DNA of 64,000 nucleotides. Origin: Eledone cirrhosa (lineage: Eukaryota). The position numbers and the translations under genes were made by a program. Position 1 is the stretch's first letter, and every line of letters starts with the position of its first letter. Positions 1 through 19,075 of this stretch are shown here, one piece after another. The DNA is taken from NCBI GenBank assembly GCA_964016885.1, contig OZ024743.1, positions 114,142,001 to 114,206,000 on the forward strand. Direction: 5' to 3'. Below the pieces are notes generated by a model. The model was not told the origin of the DNA. It did no database searches and saw nothing but the letters and a program-made list of their open reading frames with translations.

Positions 1-1802
1 GACAGATTGACATACACACACAGCCACACACACAGACAGAGTGACATACACACACAGCCACACACACAGACAGAGAGACAAACACACACAGCCACACACA
101 CAGCCACACACACAGACAGTGTGACATACACACACAGCCACACACACAGTGTGACATACACACACAGCCACACACACAGACAGAGAGACAAACACACAGA
201 CACACACACAGACAGAGTGACAAACACACACGGCCACACACACAGACAGTGTGACATACACACACAGACACACACACAGACAGAGTGACAAACACACACA
301 GCCACACACACAGACAGAGTGACAAACACACACAGCCACACACACAGACAGTGACAAACGCACACAGACAGAGGGACATACACACACAGGCACACACACA
401 GACAGAGTGACAAACACACACAGCCACACAGACAGAGTGACAAACACACACACACACACAGACAGAGTGACAAACACACACAGACACACACAGACAGAGT
501 GACAAACATACACACACACACAGACAGAGTGACAAACACACACAGACAAACACACACAGACAGAGTGACAAACACACACAGACACACACAGACAGAGTGA
601 CAAACATACACACACACACAGACAGAGTGACAAACACACACAGACAAACACACACAGAGTGACAAACACACACAGACACACACAGACAGAGTGACAAACA
701 CACACAGCCACACACACACAGACAGAGTGAGAAACACACACAGACAGAGTGACATACACACATAGCCACACACACAGACAGAGTGACATACACACACAGC
801 CACACACACACAGACAGAGTGACAAACACACACAGACAGAGTGACAAACACACACAGACACACACACAGACAGAGTGACAAACACACACACAGACAGAGT
901 GACAAACACACAGAGCCACACACAGACAGAGTGACATGCACACTCAGTCACACACACAGACAGAGTGACAAACACACACAGCCACATACAGACAGAGTGC
1001 CAAACACACACAGCCACACACACAGACAGAGTGACATACACACACAGCCACACACACAGACAGTGTGACATACACACACAGCCACACACACAGACAGTGT
1101 GACATACACACACAGCCACACACACAGACAGTATGACATACACACACAGCCACACACACAGACAGAGTGACATACACACACAGCCACACACACAGACAGA
1201 GAGACAAACACACACAGCCACACACACAGACAGAGTGACATACACACACAGCCACACACACAGACAGAGTGACAAACACACACAGCCACACACACAGACA
1301 GAGAGACAAACACACAGACACACACACAGACAGAGTGACAAACACACACGGCCACACACACAGACAGTGTGACATACACACACAGACACACATGCAGACA
1401 GAGTAACAAACACACACAGCCACACATACACACAGAGTAACAAACACACACAGACACACACGCAGACAGAGTAACAAACACACACAGCAACACAAACAGA
1501 GTGACAAACACACACACACACACACAGACAGAGTGACAAACACACACACACACACAGACAGAGTGACAAACACACACAGACACACACAGACAGAGTGACA
1601 CACATACACACACACACAGACAGAGTGACAAACACACACAGACACACACACACAGACAGAGTGACAAACACACACAGCCACACACACAGACAGAGTGACA
1701 TACACACACAGCCACACACACAGACAGAGTGACATACACACACAGCCACACACACAGACAGAGTGACATACACACACACACACACACACACAGACAGAGT
1801 GG

Positions 1803-1838
<36 letters not shown>

Positions 1839-3979
1839 GAGTGACAACCGCACACACACACACACACACAGACAGAGTGACAAACACACACAGCCACACA
1901 CAGACAGAGTGACATACACACACACACACACACACACACAGACAGAGTGACATACACACACAGACACACACACAAAGACAGAGTGACATACACACACAGA
2001 CACACACAGACAGAGTGACATACACACACAGCCACACACACACAGACAGAGTGACAAACACACACAGCCACACACACAGACAGAGTGACATACACACACA
2101 GCCACACACACAGACAGACTGACATACACACACAGCCTGAGTGACAACCACACACACACACACAGACAGAGTGACAAACACACACACACACACAGACAGA
2201 GTGACATACACACATACACACACACACACACAGACAGAGTGACATACACACACAGACACACACACAAAGACAGAGTGACATACACACACAGACAAACACA
2301 GACAGAGTGACATACACACACACACACACAGACAGAGTGACAAACACACACAGACACACACAGACAGAGTGACACACATACACACACACACAGACAGAGT
2401 GACAAACACACACAGCCACACACACAGACAGAGTGACATACACACACAGCCACACACACAGACAGAGTGACATACACACACAGCCACACACACAGACAGA
2501 GTGGCATACACACACAGACACACACACACACATACACACACAGACAGAGTGACAACCACACACACACACACACACACACAGACAGTGTGACAAACACACA
2601 CAGCCACACACAGACAGAGTGACATACACACATACACACACACACACACAGACAGAGTGACATACACACACAGACACACACACAAAGACAGAGTGACATA
2701 CACACACAGACAAACACAGACAGAGTGACATACACACACACAGACACACACACACACAGACAGAGTGACATACACACTCAGCCACACACACAGACAGAGT
2801 GACAAACACACACAGCCACACACACAGACAGAGTGACAAACACACACACCCACACACACCGACAGAGTGACATGCACACACAGCCACACACACAGACATA
2901 GTGACATACACACACAGACACACACACAGACAGAGGGATAAACACACACACCCACACACACAGACAGAGTGACATACACACACAGCCACACACAGACAGA
3001 GTGACAAACACACACAGCCGCACACACAGACAGAGTGACAAACACACACAAACACAGACACAGACAGAGTGACATGCACACACAGCCACACACACAGACA
3101 GAGTGACAAACACACACAACCACACACACAGACAGAGTGACAAACACACACAGCCACACACACAGACAGAGTGACAAACACACACAGCCACACACACAGA
3201 CAGAGTGACAAACACACACAAACACAGACACAGACAGAGTGACATGCACACACAGCCACACACACAGACAGAGTGACAAACACACACAACCACACACACA
3301 GACAGAGTGACAAACACACACAAACACAGACACAGACAGAGTGACATGCACACACAGCCACACACACAGACAGAGTGACATGCACACACAGCCACACACA
3401 CAGACAGAGTGACATACACACACAGCCACACACACCCACACACAGACAGAGTGACAAACACACACAACCACACACACAGACAGAGTGACAAACACACACA
3501 GCCACACACACAGACAAAGTGACAAACACACACAGCCACACACACCCACACACAGACAGAATGACAAACACACACAGACAGAGTGACAAACACACACAGC
3601 CACACACAGACAGAGTGACAAGCACACACAGCCACACACACCCACACACAGACAGAGTGACAAACACACACAACCACACACACAGACAGAGTGACATACA
3701 CACACAAACAGAGTGATAAACACACACAGCCACACACACAGACATAGTGACATACACACACAGACAGAGTGACATTCACACACAGCCACACACACACAGA
3801 CAGAGTGACATACACACACAGCCACACACACACAGACAGAGTAACATACACACACAGCCACACACACAGACAGAGTGACATACACACACAGCCACACACA
3901 CAGACAGAGTCACAAACACACACACACACATACTCACAGACAGAATGACAAACACACACAGCCACACACAAACAGAGTG

Positions 3980-4016
<37 letters not shown>

Positions 4017-4307
4017 GAGTGACATACACACACAGCCACACACAGACAGAGTGACATACACACACAGCCACACACACAGACAGAGTGACATACACACACA
4101 GCCACACACACAGACAGAGTGACAAACACACACAGACACACACACAGACAGAGTGACAACCACACACAGACAGAGTGACAAACACACAAAGACACACACA
4201 CAGACAGAGTGACATACACACACACACACACAGACAGAGTAACAAACACACACAGACACACACACAGACAGAGTGACATACACACACAGCCACACACAGA
4301 CAGAGTG

Positions 4308-4356
<49 letters not shown>

Positions 4357-5226
4357 GGCATACACACACAGACAGAGTGACCACACACAGCCACACACAC
4401 AGACAGAGTGACATACACACACAGACACACACACAGACAGAGTAACAAACACACACAGCCACACACACAGACAGAGTGACATACACACACAGACAGTGTG
4501 ACATACACACACAGCCACACACACAGACAGTGTGACATACACACACAGCCACACACACAGACAGAGAGACATACACACACAGACAGTGTGACATACACAC
4601 ACAGACACACACGCAGACAGAGTAACAAACACACACAGACACACAGACAGAGTGACAAACACACACACACACACAGACAGAGTGACAAACACACACAGAC
4701 ACACACACACAGACAGAGTGACAAACACACACAGCCACACAGACAGAGTGACAAACACACACACACACACACAGAGTGACAAACACACACAGACACACAC
4801 ACACAGAGACAGAGTGACAAACATACACACACACAGAGACAGAGTGACAAACACACACAGACACTCACACACAGACAGAGTGACAAACACACACAGACAC
4901 ACACACACAGACAGAGTGACAAACACACACAGACACACACACACAGACAGAGTAATAAACACACACAGCCACACACACAGACAGAGTGACAACCACACAC
5001 ACACACACACAGACAGAGTGACAAACACACACAGCCACACACAGACAGAGTGACATACACACACACACACACACACACACAGACAGAGTGACATACACAC
5101 ACAGACACACACACAAAGACAGAGTGACATACACACACATACACACACAGACAGAGTGACATACGCACACAGCCACACACACACAGACAGAGTGACATAC
5201 ACACACAGCCACACACAGACAGAGTG

Positions 5227-5264
<38 letters not shown>

Positions 5265-6929
5265 AGACAGAGTGACATACACACACAGACACACACACAG
5301 ACAGAGTGACAACCACACACAGCCACACACACAGACAGAGTGACATACACACATAGACACACACACAGACAGAGTAACAAACACACACAGCCACACACAC
5401 AGACAGAGTGACATACACACACCGCCACACACACAGACAGTGTGACATACACACACAGCCACACACACAGACAGTGTGACATACACACACAGCCACACAC
5501 ACAGACAGAGAGACAAACACTCACAGCCACACACACAGACAGAGTGACATACACACACAGCCACAGACACAGACAGTGTGACATACACACACAGCCACAC
5601 ACACAGTGTGACATACACACACAGCCACACACACAGACAGAAAGACAAACACACAGACACACACACAGACAGAGTGACAAACACACAGCCACACACACAG
5701 ACAGTGTGACATACACACACAGCCACACACACAGACAGTGTGACATACACACACAGACACACACGCAGACAGAGTAACAAACACACACAGCCACACATAC
5801 AGACAGAGTAACAAACACACACAGACACACAGACAGAGTGACAAACACACACAGACACACACACACAGACAGAGTGACAAACACACACAGCCACACACAC
5901 AGAGTGACAAACACACACACACACACACAGACAGAGTGACAAACACACACAGACACACACACACAGACAGAGTGACAAACATACACACACACAGAGACAG
6001 AGTGACACACACAGACACACACACACAGACAGAGTGACAAACACACACAGATACACACACACAGACAGAGTGACATACACACACAGCCACACACAGACAG
6101 AGTGACAAACACACACATATACACACACACAGACAGAGTGACATACACACACAGACACACACACACAGACAGAGTGACTTACACACACACACAGAGACAG
6201 AGTGACATACACACACAGCCACACACAGCCACACACAGCCACACACACAGCCACACACACAGACAGAGTGACAAACACACACAGCCACACACAGACAGAG
6301 TGACAAACACACACAGCCACACACACAGACTGAGTGACAACCACACACACACACACAGACTGAGTGACAAACACACACACACACACAAACACAGACAGAG
6401 TGACATACACACTCAGCCACACACACAGACAGAGTGACATACACACACAGACAGAGTGACAAACACACACAGCCACACACAGACAGAGTGACAACCACAC
6501 ACACACAACCACACACACAGACAGAGTGACAAACACACACAGCCACACACACAGACAGAGTGACATACACACACACACACACACACAGACAGAGTGGCAT
6601 ACACACACAGACACACACACACACAGAGTGACTTACACACACACATACACACACACACAGACAGAGTGACATACACACACAGACACACACACAGACAGAG
6701 TGACAAACACACACAGACACACACACACAGACAGAGTGACAAACACACACAGCCACACACAGACAGAGTGACATACACACACAGACAGAGTGACATACAC
6801 ACACAGCCACACACAGAGAGAGTGACATACACACACAGCCACACACACACAGACAGAGTGACATACACACACAGCCACACACACAGACAGAGTGACATAC
6901 ACACACAGCCACACACACAGACAGAGTGA

Positions 6930-6965
<36 letters not shown>

Positions 6966-7819
6966 GAGTGACATACACACACAGCCACACACACACAGAC
7001 AGAGTGACAAACACACACAGCCACACACACAGACAGAGTGACACACACACACAGCCACACACACAGACAGAGTGACATACACACACAGGCACACACACAG
7101 ACAGAGTGACATACACACACAGCCACACACACACAGACAGAGTGACAAACACACACAGCCACACACACAGACAGGGTGACACACACACACAGCCACACAC
7201 ACACAGACAGAGTGACACACACACACAGCCACACACACAGACAGAGTAACAAACACACACACACAGACAGAGTGACAAACACACACAGCCACACACAGAC
7301 AGAGTGACATACACACACACACACATACACACACAGACAGAGTGACATACACACACAGCCACACACACACAGACAGAGTGACATACACACACACAGACTG
7401 TGTGACATACACACACAGACAGAGTGACATACACACACGGACACACACACAGACAGAGTGACAACCACACACAGCCACACACACAGACAGAGTGACATAC
7501 ACACACAGACACACACACAGACAGAGTAACAAACACACACAGCCACACACACAGACAGAGTGACATACACACACAGCCACACACACAGACAGTGTGACAT
7601 ACACACACAGCCACACACACAGACAGAGAGACAAACACTCACAGCCACACACACAGACAGAGTGACATACACACACAGCCACACACACAGACAGTGTGAC
7701 ATACACACACAGCCACACACACAGTGTGACATACACACACAGCCACACACACAGACAGAGTGAAAAACACACACAGCCACACACACACACAGTGTGACAT
7801 ACACACACAGCCACACACA

Positions 7820-8681
7820 CAGAGTGACAAACACACACAGCCACACACACAGGCAGTGTGTCATACACACACAGACACACACGCAGACAGAGTAACAAAC
7901 ACACACAGCCACACACAGACAGAGTGACATACACACACACACACACAGACAGAGTGACAAACACACACAGACACACACACAGACAGAGTGACAGACACAC
8001 ACACAGACAGAGTGACAAACACACACAGCCACACACACAGACAGAGTGACATACACACACACACACACAAACAGAGTGACATACACACACAGACACACAC
8101 ACACAGACAGAGTGACTTACACACACACACACACACAGACAGAGTGACATACACACACAGCCACACACACAGACTGAGTGACAAACACACACAGCCACAC
8201 ACAGACAGAGTGACAACCACACACACACACACACAGACAGAGTGACATACACACACAGCCACACACACAGACTGAGTGACAAACACACACAGCCACACAC
8301 AGACAGAGTGACAACCACACATACACACACACAGACTGAGTGACAAACACACACAGCCACACACAGACAGAGTGACAACCACACACACACACACACACAC
8401 ACAGACAGAGTGACAAACACACACAGCCACACACAGACAGAGTGACAACCACACACACACAACCACACACAGACAGAGTGACAACCACACACACACAACC
8501 ACACACACAGACAGAGTGACAAACACACACAGCTACACACAGACAGAGTGACAACCACACACACACAACCACACACACAGACAGAGTGACAAACACACAC
8601 AGCCACACACACAGACAGAGTGACACACACACACACACAGACAGAGTGGCATACACACACAGACACACACACAGACAGAGT

Positions 8682-8713
<32 letters not shown>

Positions 8714-10260
8714 GAGTGACAAACACACACAGCCACACACAGACAGAGTGACATACATACACACACACACACACAGACAGAGTGACATACACACACAGAC
8801 AGAGTGACATACACACACGGACACACACACAGACAGAGTGACAACCACACACAGCCACACACACAGACAGAGTGACATACACACACAGACACACACACAG
8901 ACAGAGTAACAAACACACACAGCCACACACACAGACAGAGTGACATACACACACAGCCACACACACAGACAGTGTGACATACACACACAGCCACACACAC
9001 AGACAGAGAGACAAACACTCACAGCCACACACACAGACAGAGTGACATACACACAGCCACACACACAGACAGTGTGACATACACACACAGCCACACACAC
9101 AGTGTGACATACACACACAGCCACACACACAGACAGAGTGAAAACACACACAGCCACACACACAGACAGTGTGTCATACACACACAGACACACACGCAGA
9201 CAGAGTAACAAACACACACAGCCACACACAGACAGAGTGACATACACACACACACACACAGACAGAGTGACAAACACACACAGACACACACACACAGACA
9301 GAGTGACAGACACACACACAGACAGAGTGACAAAAACACACAGCCACACACACAGACAGAGTGACATACACACACACACACACAGACAGAGTGACATACA
9401 CACACAGACACACACACAGACTGAGTGACAAACACACACAGCCACACACAGACAGAGTGACAACCACACACACACACACACACACACAGACAGAGTGACA
9501 TACACACTCAGCCACACACACAGACTGAGTGACAAACACACACAGCCACACACAGACAGAGTGACAACCACACATACACACACACAGACTGAGTGACAAA
9601 CACACACAGCCACACACAGACAGAGTGACAACCACACACACACACACACACAGACAGAGTGACAAACACACACAGCCACACACAGACAGAGTGACAACCA
9701 CACACACACAACCACACACAGACAGAGTGACAACCACACACACACAACCACACACACAGACAGAGTGACAAACACACACAGCTACACACAGACAGAGTGA
9801 CAACCACACACACACAACCACACACACAGACAGAGTGACAAACACACACAGCCACACACACAGACAGAGTGACACACACACACACACAGACAGAGTGGCA
9901 TACACACACAGACACACACACACAGACAGAGTGACTTACACACACAGACACACACACACACAGACAGAGTGACATACACACACAGACACACACACAGACA
10001 GAGTGACAAACACACACACACACACACAGACAGAGTGGCAAACACACACAGCCACACACAGACAGAGTGACATACATACACACACACACACACAGACAGA
10101 GTGACATACACACACAGACAGAGTGACATACACACACAGCCACACACAGACAGAGTGACATACACACACAGCCACACACACACAGACAGAGTGACATACA
10201 CACACAGCCACACACACAGACAGAGTGACAAACACACACAGCCACACACACAGATAGAGT

Positions 10261-10292
<32 letters not shown>

Positions 10293-10637
10293 GAGTGACA
10301 TACACACACAGCAACACACACACAGACAGAGTGACAAACACACACAGCCACACACACAGACAGAGTGACACACACACACACAGCCACACACACACAGCCA
10401 CACACACAGACAGAGTGACATACACACACAGCCACACACACAGACAGAGTGACATACACACACAGCCACACACACAGACAGAGTGACAACCACACACAGA
10501 CAGAGTGACATACACACACACAGAGACAGAGTGATAAACACACACAGCCACACACACAGACAGAGTGACACACACACACAGCCACACACACACAGACAGA
10601 GTGACACACACACACAGCCACACACACAGACAGAGTA

Positions 10638-10668
<31 letters not shown>

Positions 10669-11002
10669 GAGTGACAAACACACACAGCCACACACAGACA
10701 GAGTGACATACACACACACACACATACACACACAGACAGAGTGACATACACACACAGCCACACACACACAGACAGAGTGACATACACACACAGCCACACA
10801 CACAGACAGAGTGACAAACACACACAGCCACACACACAGACAGAGTGACAACCACACACAGCCACACACACAGACAGAGTGACAAACACACACAGATACA
10901 CACACAGACAGAGTGACAGCCACACACAGACAGAGTGACAAACACACACAGACACACACACAGACAGAGTGACAAACACACACAGCCACACACAGACAGA
11001 GT

Positions 11003-11041
<39 letters not shown>

Positions 11042-11083
11042 CGTTACAGACACACACAGACACACACACAGGCAGAGTGACAA

Positions 11084-11120
<37 letters not shown>

Positions 11121-12925
11121 GAGGACATACACACACAGACAGAGTGACAAACACACACAGACACACACACAGACAGAGTGACAAACACACACACAGACAG
11201 AGTGACAAACACACACAGACACACACACAGACAGAGTGACAAACACACACAGACACACACACAGACAGAGTGACAAACACACACAGCCACACACAGACAG
11301 AGTGACAAACACACACAGCCACACACACAGACAGAGTGACAAACACACACAGCCACACACAGACAGAGTGACATGCACACTCAGCCACACACACAGACAG
11401 AGTGACAAACACACACACCCACACACACCGACAGAGTGACATACACACACAGCCACACACACAGACAGAGTGACATACACACACAGCCACACACACAGCC
11501 ACACACACAGACAGAGTGACATACACACACAGCCACACGCAGACAGAGTGACAAACACACACAGCCACACACACCCACACACAGACAGAGTGACAAACAC
11601 ACACAACCACACACACAGACAGAGTGACATACACACACAGACAGAGTGATAAACACACACAGCCACACACACAGACAGAGTGACAAACACACACAACCAT
11701 ACTCACACAGACAGTGTGACAAACACACACACACACACACACATACACAGGCAGAGTGGCATACACACATATACACACAGGTGGTGACATACACACAGAG
11801 GCATCTAAAGTGACATACACACACAGGTAGTGACATACACACATACACACACAGGTAGAGTGACATACACACAAACACACACAGGCAGTGTCATATACAT
11901 ACACACAGAGGCAGCTAAAGTGACATACACACACAGGCGGTGACATACACACATACACACACAGGTAGAGAGAGACATACACACAAACACACACAGGCAG
12001 TGTCATATACACACATACAGAGGCAGCTAAAGTGACATACACACACAGGCAGTGACATACACACACACAGAGGCATCTAAAGTGATATACACACACAGGC
12101 GGTGACATACACACTTACACACACAGGTAGAGAGAGATATACACACAAACATACACAGGCAGTGTCATATACATACACACAGAGGCAGCTAAAGTGACAT
12201 ACACACATACACACACAGGTGGTGACACACACAGAGAGGCAGCTAAAGTGACAACAACAGAGCGGAATACACATGTAGAGGACCAACATATTTGAAGACA
12301 AAAGAGAATCTGGTCTCATAAACACACACACACACACACACATACACAGGCAGAGTGACACATACAGAGGCAGAGTGACACACACACAGGCATAGTGACA
12401 CACACACAGGCAGAGTGGCATACACACATACACACACAGGGTGTGACACACACACAGAGGCAGCTAAAGTGACAACGAGAGAGAGGGGAATACACATGTA
12501 GAGGACCAAGATATTTGAAGACAAAAGAGAAGCTGGTCTCATAAACACACACACACACACACACACATACACACACACACAGATACACAGGCAGAGTGTC
12601 ACACACACAGGCAGAGTGGCATACACACATACACACACAGGTGGTGACACACACACAGAGGCAGCTAAAGTGACAACGACAGAGAGGGGGAGTACACATG
12701 TAGAGGACCAAGATATTTGAAGACAAAAGAGAATCTGGTCTCATAAACACACACACACACACACATACACACATACATACACACATACACAGGCAGAGTG
12801 GCATACACACATACACACACAGGTGGTGACACACACACAGAGGCAGCTAAAGTGACAACGACAGAGGGGGGAATACACATGTAGAGGACCAAGATATTTG
12901 AAGACAAAAGAGAATCTGGTCTCAT

Positions 12926-12976
<51 letters not shown>

Positions 12977-14734
12977 CAGATACACAGGCAGAGTGTCACA
13001 CACACAGGCAGAGTGGCATACACACATACACACACAGGTGGTGACACACACAGAGAGGCAGCTAAAGTGACAACAACAGAGGGGGGAGTACACATGTAGA
13101 GGACCAAGATATTTGAAGACAAAAGAGAAGCTGGTCTCATAAACACACACACACACACACATACACACATACATACACACATACACACACATACACAGGC
13201 AGAGTGTCACACACACAGGCAGAGTGGCATACACACATACACACACAGGTGGTGACACACAGAGAGGCAGCTAAAGTGACAACGACAGAGAGGGGAATAC
13301 ACATGTAGAGGACCAAGATATTTGAAGACAAAAGAGAAGCTGGTCTCATAAACACACACACACACACACATACACACATACATACACACATACACAGGCA
13401 GAGTGGCATACACACATACACACACAGGTGGTGACACACACACAGGTGGTGACACACACACAGGTGGTGACACACACACAGAGGCAGCTAAAGTGACAAC
13501 GACAGAGGGGGGAGTACACATGTAGAGGACCAAGATATTTGAAGACAAAAGAGAAGCTGGTCTCATAAACACACGCACACACACACATACACACATACAT
13601 ACACACATACACAGGCAGAGTGGCATACACACAGGCAGAGTGGCATACACACATACACACACAGGTGGTGACACACACACAGGTGGTGACACACACACAG
13701 GTGGTGACACACACACAGAGGCAGCTAAAGTGACAACGACAGAGGGGGGAGTACACATGTAGAGGACCAAGATATTTGAAGACAAAAGAGAAGCTGGTCT
13801 CATAAACACACGCACACACACACATACACACATACATACACACATACACAGGCAGAGTGGCATACACACAGGCAGAGTGACAAACACACACAGCCACACA
13901 CACAGGCAGTGTGTCATACACACACAGACACACACGCAGACAGAGTAACAAACACACACAGCCACACACAGACAGAGTGACATACACACACACACACACA
14001 GACAGAGTGACAAACACACACAGACACACACACAGACAGAGTGACAGACACACACACAGACAGAGTGACAAACACACACAGCCACACACACAGACAGAGT
14101 GACATACACACACACACACACAAACAGAGTGACATACACACACAGACACACACACACAGACAGAGTGACTTACACACACACACACACACAGACAGAGTGA
14201 CATACACACACAGCCACACACACAGACTGAGTGACAAACACACACAGCCACACACAGACAGAGTGACAACCACACACACACACACACAGACAGAGTGACA
14301 TACACACACAGCCACACACACAGACTGAGTGACAAACACACACAGCCACACACAGACAGAGTGACAACCACACATACACACACACAGACTGAGTGACAAA
14401 CACACACAGCCACACACAGACAGAGTGACAACCACACACACACACACACACACACAGACAGAGTGACAAACACACACAGCCACACACAGACAGAGTGACA
14501 ACCACACACACACAACCACACACAGACAGAGTGACAACCACACACACACAACCACACACACAGACAGAGTGACAAACACACACAGCTACACACAGACAGA
14601 GTGACAACCACACACACACAACCACACACACAGACAGAGTGACAAACACACACAGCCACACACACAGACAGAGTGACACACACACACACACAGACAGAGT
14701 GGCATACACACACAGACACACACACAGACAGAGT

Positions 14735-14766
<32 letters not shown>

Positions 14767-16385
14767 GAGTGACAAACACACACAGCCACACACAGACAGA
14801 GTGACATACATACACACACACACACACAGACAGAGTGACATACACACACAGACAGAGTGACATACACACACGGACACACACACAGACAGAGTGACAACCA
14901 CACACAGCCACACACACAGACAGAGTGACATACACACACAGACACACACACAGACAGAGTAACAAACACACACAGCCACACACACAGACAGAGTGACATA
15001 CACACACAGCCACACACACAGACAGTGTGACATACACACACAGCCACACACACAGACAGAGAGACAAACACTCACAGCCACACACACAGACAGAGTGACA
15101 TACACACAGCCACACACACAGACAGTGTGACATACACACACAGCCACACACACAGTGTGACATACACACACAGCCACACACACAGACAGAGTGAAAACAC
15201 ACACAGCCACACACACAGACAGTGTGTCATACACACACAGACACACACGCAGACAGAGTAACAAACACACACAGCCACACACAGACAGAGTGACATACAC
15301 ACACACACACACAGACAGAGTGACAAACACACACAGACACACACACACAGACAGAGTGACAGACACACACACAGACAGAGTGACAAAAACACACAGCCAC
15401 ACACACAGACAGAGTGACATACACACACACACACACAGACAGAGTGACATACACACACAGACACACACACACAGACAGAGTGACTTACACACACACACAC
15501 ACACAGACAGAGTGACATACACACACAGCCACACACACAGACTGAGTGACAAACACACACAGCCACACACAGACAGAGTGACAACCACACACACACACAC
15601 ACACACACAGACAGAGTGACATACACACTCAGCCACACACACAGACTGAGTGACAAACACACACAGCCACACACAGACAGAGTGACAACCACACATACAC
15701 ACACACAGACTGAGTGACAAACACACACAGCCACACACAGACAGAGTGACAACCACACACACACACACACACACACAGACAGAGTGACAAACACACACAG
15801 CCACACACAGACAGAGTGACAACCACACACACACAACCACACACAGACAGAGTGACAACCACACACACACAACCACACACACAGACAGAGTGACAAACAC
15901 ACACAGCTACACACAGACAGAGTGACAACCACACACACACAACCACACACACAGACAGAGTGACAAACACACACAGCCACACACACAGACAGAGTGACAC
16001 ACACACACACACAGACAGAGTGGCATACACACACAGACACACACACACAGACAGAGTGACTTACACACACAGACACACACACACACAGACAGAGTGACAT
16101 ACACACACAGACACACACACAGACAGAGTGACAAACACACACACACACACACAGACAGAGTGGCAAACACACACAGCCACACACAGACAGAGTGACATAC
16201 ATACACACACACACACACAGACAGAGTGACATACACACACAGACAGAGTGACATACACACACAGCCACACACAGACAGAGTGACATACACACACAGCCAC
16301 ACACACACAGACAGAGTGACATACACACACAGCCACACACACAGACAGAGTGACAAACACACACAGCCACACACACAGATAGAGT

Positions 16386-16417
<32 letters not shown>

Positions 16418-17103
16418 GAGTGACATACACACACAGCAACACACACACAGACAGAGTGACAAACACACACAGCCACACACACAGACAGAGTGACACACAC
16501 ACACACAGCCACACACACACAGCCACACACACAGACAGAGTGACATACACACACAGCCACACACACAGACAGAGTGACATACACACACAGCCACACACAC
16601 AGACAGAGTGACAACCACACACAGACAGAGTGACATACACACACACAGAGACAGAGTGATAAACACACACAGCCACACACACAGACAGAGTGACACACAC
16701 ACACAGCCACACACACACAGACAGAGTGACACACACACACAGCCACACACACACACACACACACAGACAGAGTGACAAACACACACAGCCACACACAGAC
16801 AGAGTGACATACACACACACACACATACACACACAGACAGAGTGACATACACACACAGCCACACACACACAGACAGAGTGACATACACACACAGCCACAC
16901 ACACAGACAGAGTGACAAACACACACAGCCACACACACAGACAGAGTGACAACCACACACAGCCACACACACAGACAGAGTGACAAACACACACAGATAC
17001 ACACACAGACAGAGTGACAGCCACACACAGACAGAGTGACAAACACACACAGACACACACACAGACAGAGTGACAAACACACACAGCCACACACAGACAG
17101 AGT

Positions 17104-17146
<43 letters not shown>

Positions 17147-17188
17147 CGTTACAGACACACACAGACACACACACAGGCAGAGTGACAA

Positions 17189-17225
<37 letters not shown>

Positions 17226-19030
17226 GAGGACATACACACACAGACAGAGTGACAAACACACACAGACACACACACAGACAGAGTGACAAACACACACACA
17301 GACAGAGTGACAAACACACACAGACACACACACAGACAGAGTGACAAACACACACAGACACACACACAGACAGAGTGACAAACACACACAGCCACACACA
17401 GACAGAGTGACAAACACACACAGCCACACACACAGACAGAGTGACAAACACACACAGCCACACACAGACAGAGTGACATGCACACTCAGCCACACACACA
17501 GACAGAGTGACAAACACACACACCCACACACACCGACAGAGTGACATACACACACAGCCACACACACAGACAGAGTGACATACACACACAGCCACACACA
17601 CAGCCACACACACAGACAGAGTGACATACACACACAGCCACACGCAGACAGAGTGACAAACACACACAGCCACACACACCCACACACAGACAGAGTGACA
17701 AACACACACAACCACACACACAGACAGAGTGACATACACACACAGACAGAGTGATAAACACACACAGCCACACACACAGACAGAGTGACAAACACACACA
17801 ACCATACTCACACAGACAGTGTGACAAACACACACACACACACACACATACACAGGCAGAGTGGCATACACACATATACACACAGGTGGTGACATACACA
17901 CAGAGGCATCTAAAGTGACATACACACACAGGTAGTGACATACACACATACACACACAGGTAGAGTGACATACACACAAACACACACAGGCAGTGTCATA
18001 TACATACACACAGAGGCAGCTAAAGTGACATACACACACAGGCGGTGACATACACACATACACACACAGGTAGAGAGAGACATACACACAAACACACACA
18101 GGCAGTGTCATATACACACATACAGAGGCAGCTAAAGTGACATACACACACAGGCAGTGACATACACACACACAGAGGCATCTAAAGTGACATACACACA
18201 CAGGCGGTGACATACACACTTACACACACAGGTAGAGAGAGATATACACACAAACATACACAGGCAGTGTCATATACATACACACAGAGGCAGCTAAAGT
18301 GACATACACACATACACACACAGGTGGTGACACACACAGAGAGGCAGCTAAAGTGACAACAACAGAGCGGAATACACATGTAGAGGACCAACATATTTGA
18401 AGACAAAAGAGAATCTGGTCTCATAAACACACACACACACACACACATACACAGGCAGAGTGACACATACAGAGGCAGAGTGACACACACACAGGCAGAG
18501 TGACACACACACAGGCAGAGTGGCATACACACATACACACACAGGTGGTGACACACACACAGAGGCAGCTAAAGTGACAACGAGAGAGAGGGGAATACAC
18601 ATGTAGAGGACCAAGATATTTGAAGACAAAAGAGAAGCTGGTCTCATAAACACACACACACACACACACACATACACACACACACAGATACACAGGCAGA
18701 GTGTCACACACACAGGCAGAGTGGCATACACACATACACACACAGGTGGTGACACACACACAGAGGCAGCTAAAGTGACAACGACAGAGAGGGGGAGTAC
18801 ACATGTAGAGGACCAAGATATTTGAAGACAAAAGAGAATCTGGTCTCATAAACACACACACACACACACATACACACATACATACACACATACACAGGCA
18901 GAGTGGCATACACACATACACACACAGGTGGTGACACACACACAGAGGCAGCTAAAGTGACAACGACAGAGGGGGGAATACACATGTAGAGGACCAAGAT
19001 ATTTGAAGACAAAAGAGAATCTGGTCTCAT

Positions 19031-19075
<45 letters not shown>

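Noticed and set aside
12236-13805. CRISPR-like repeat-spacer array
   Set aside because: Intervening sequences are related CA repeats rather than unique spacers; no cas genes; eukaryotic context
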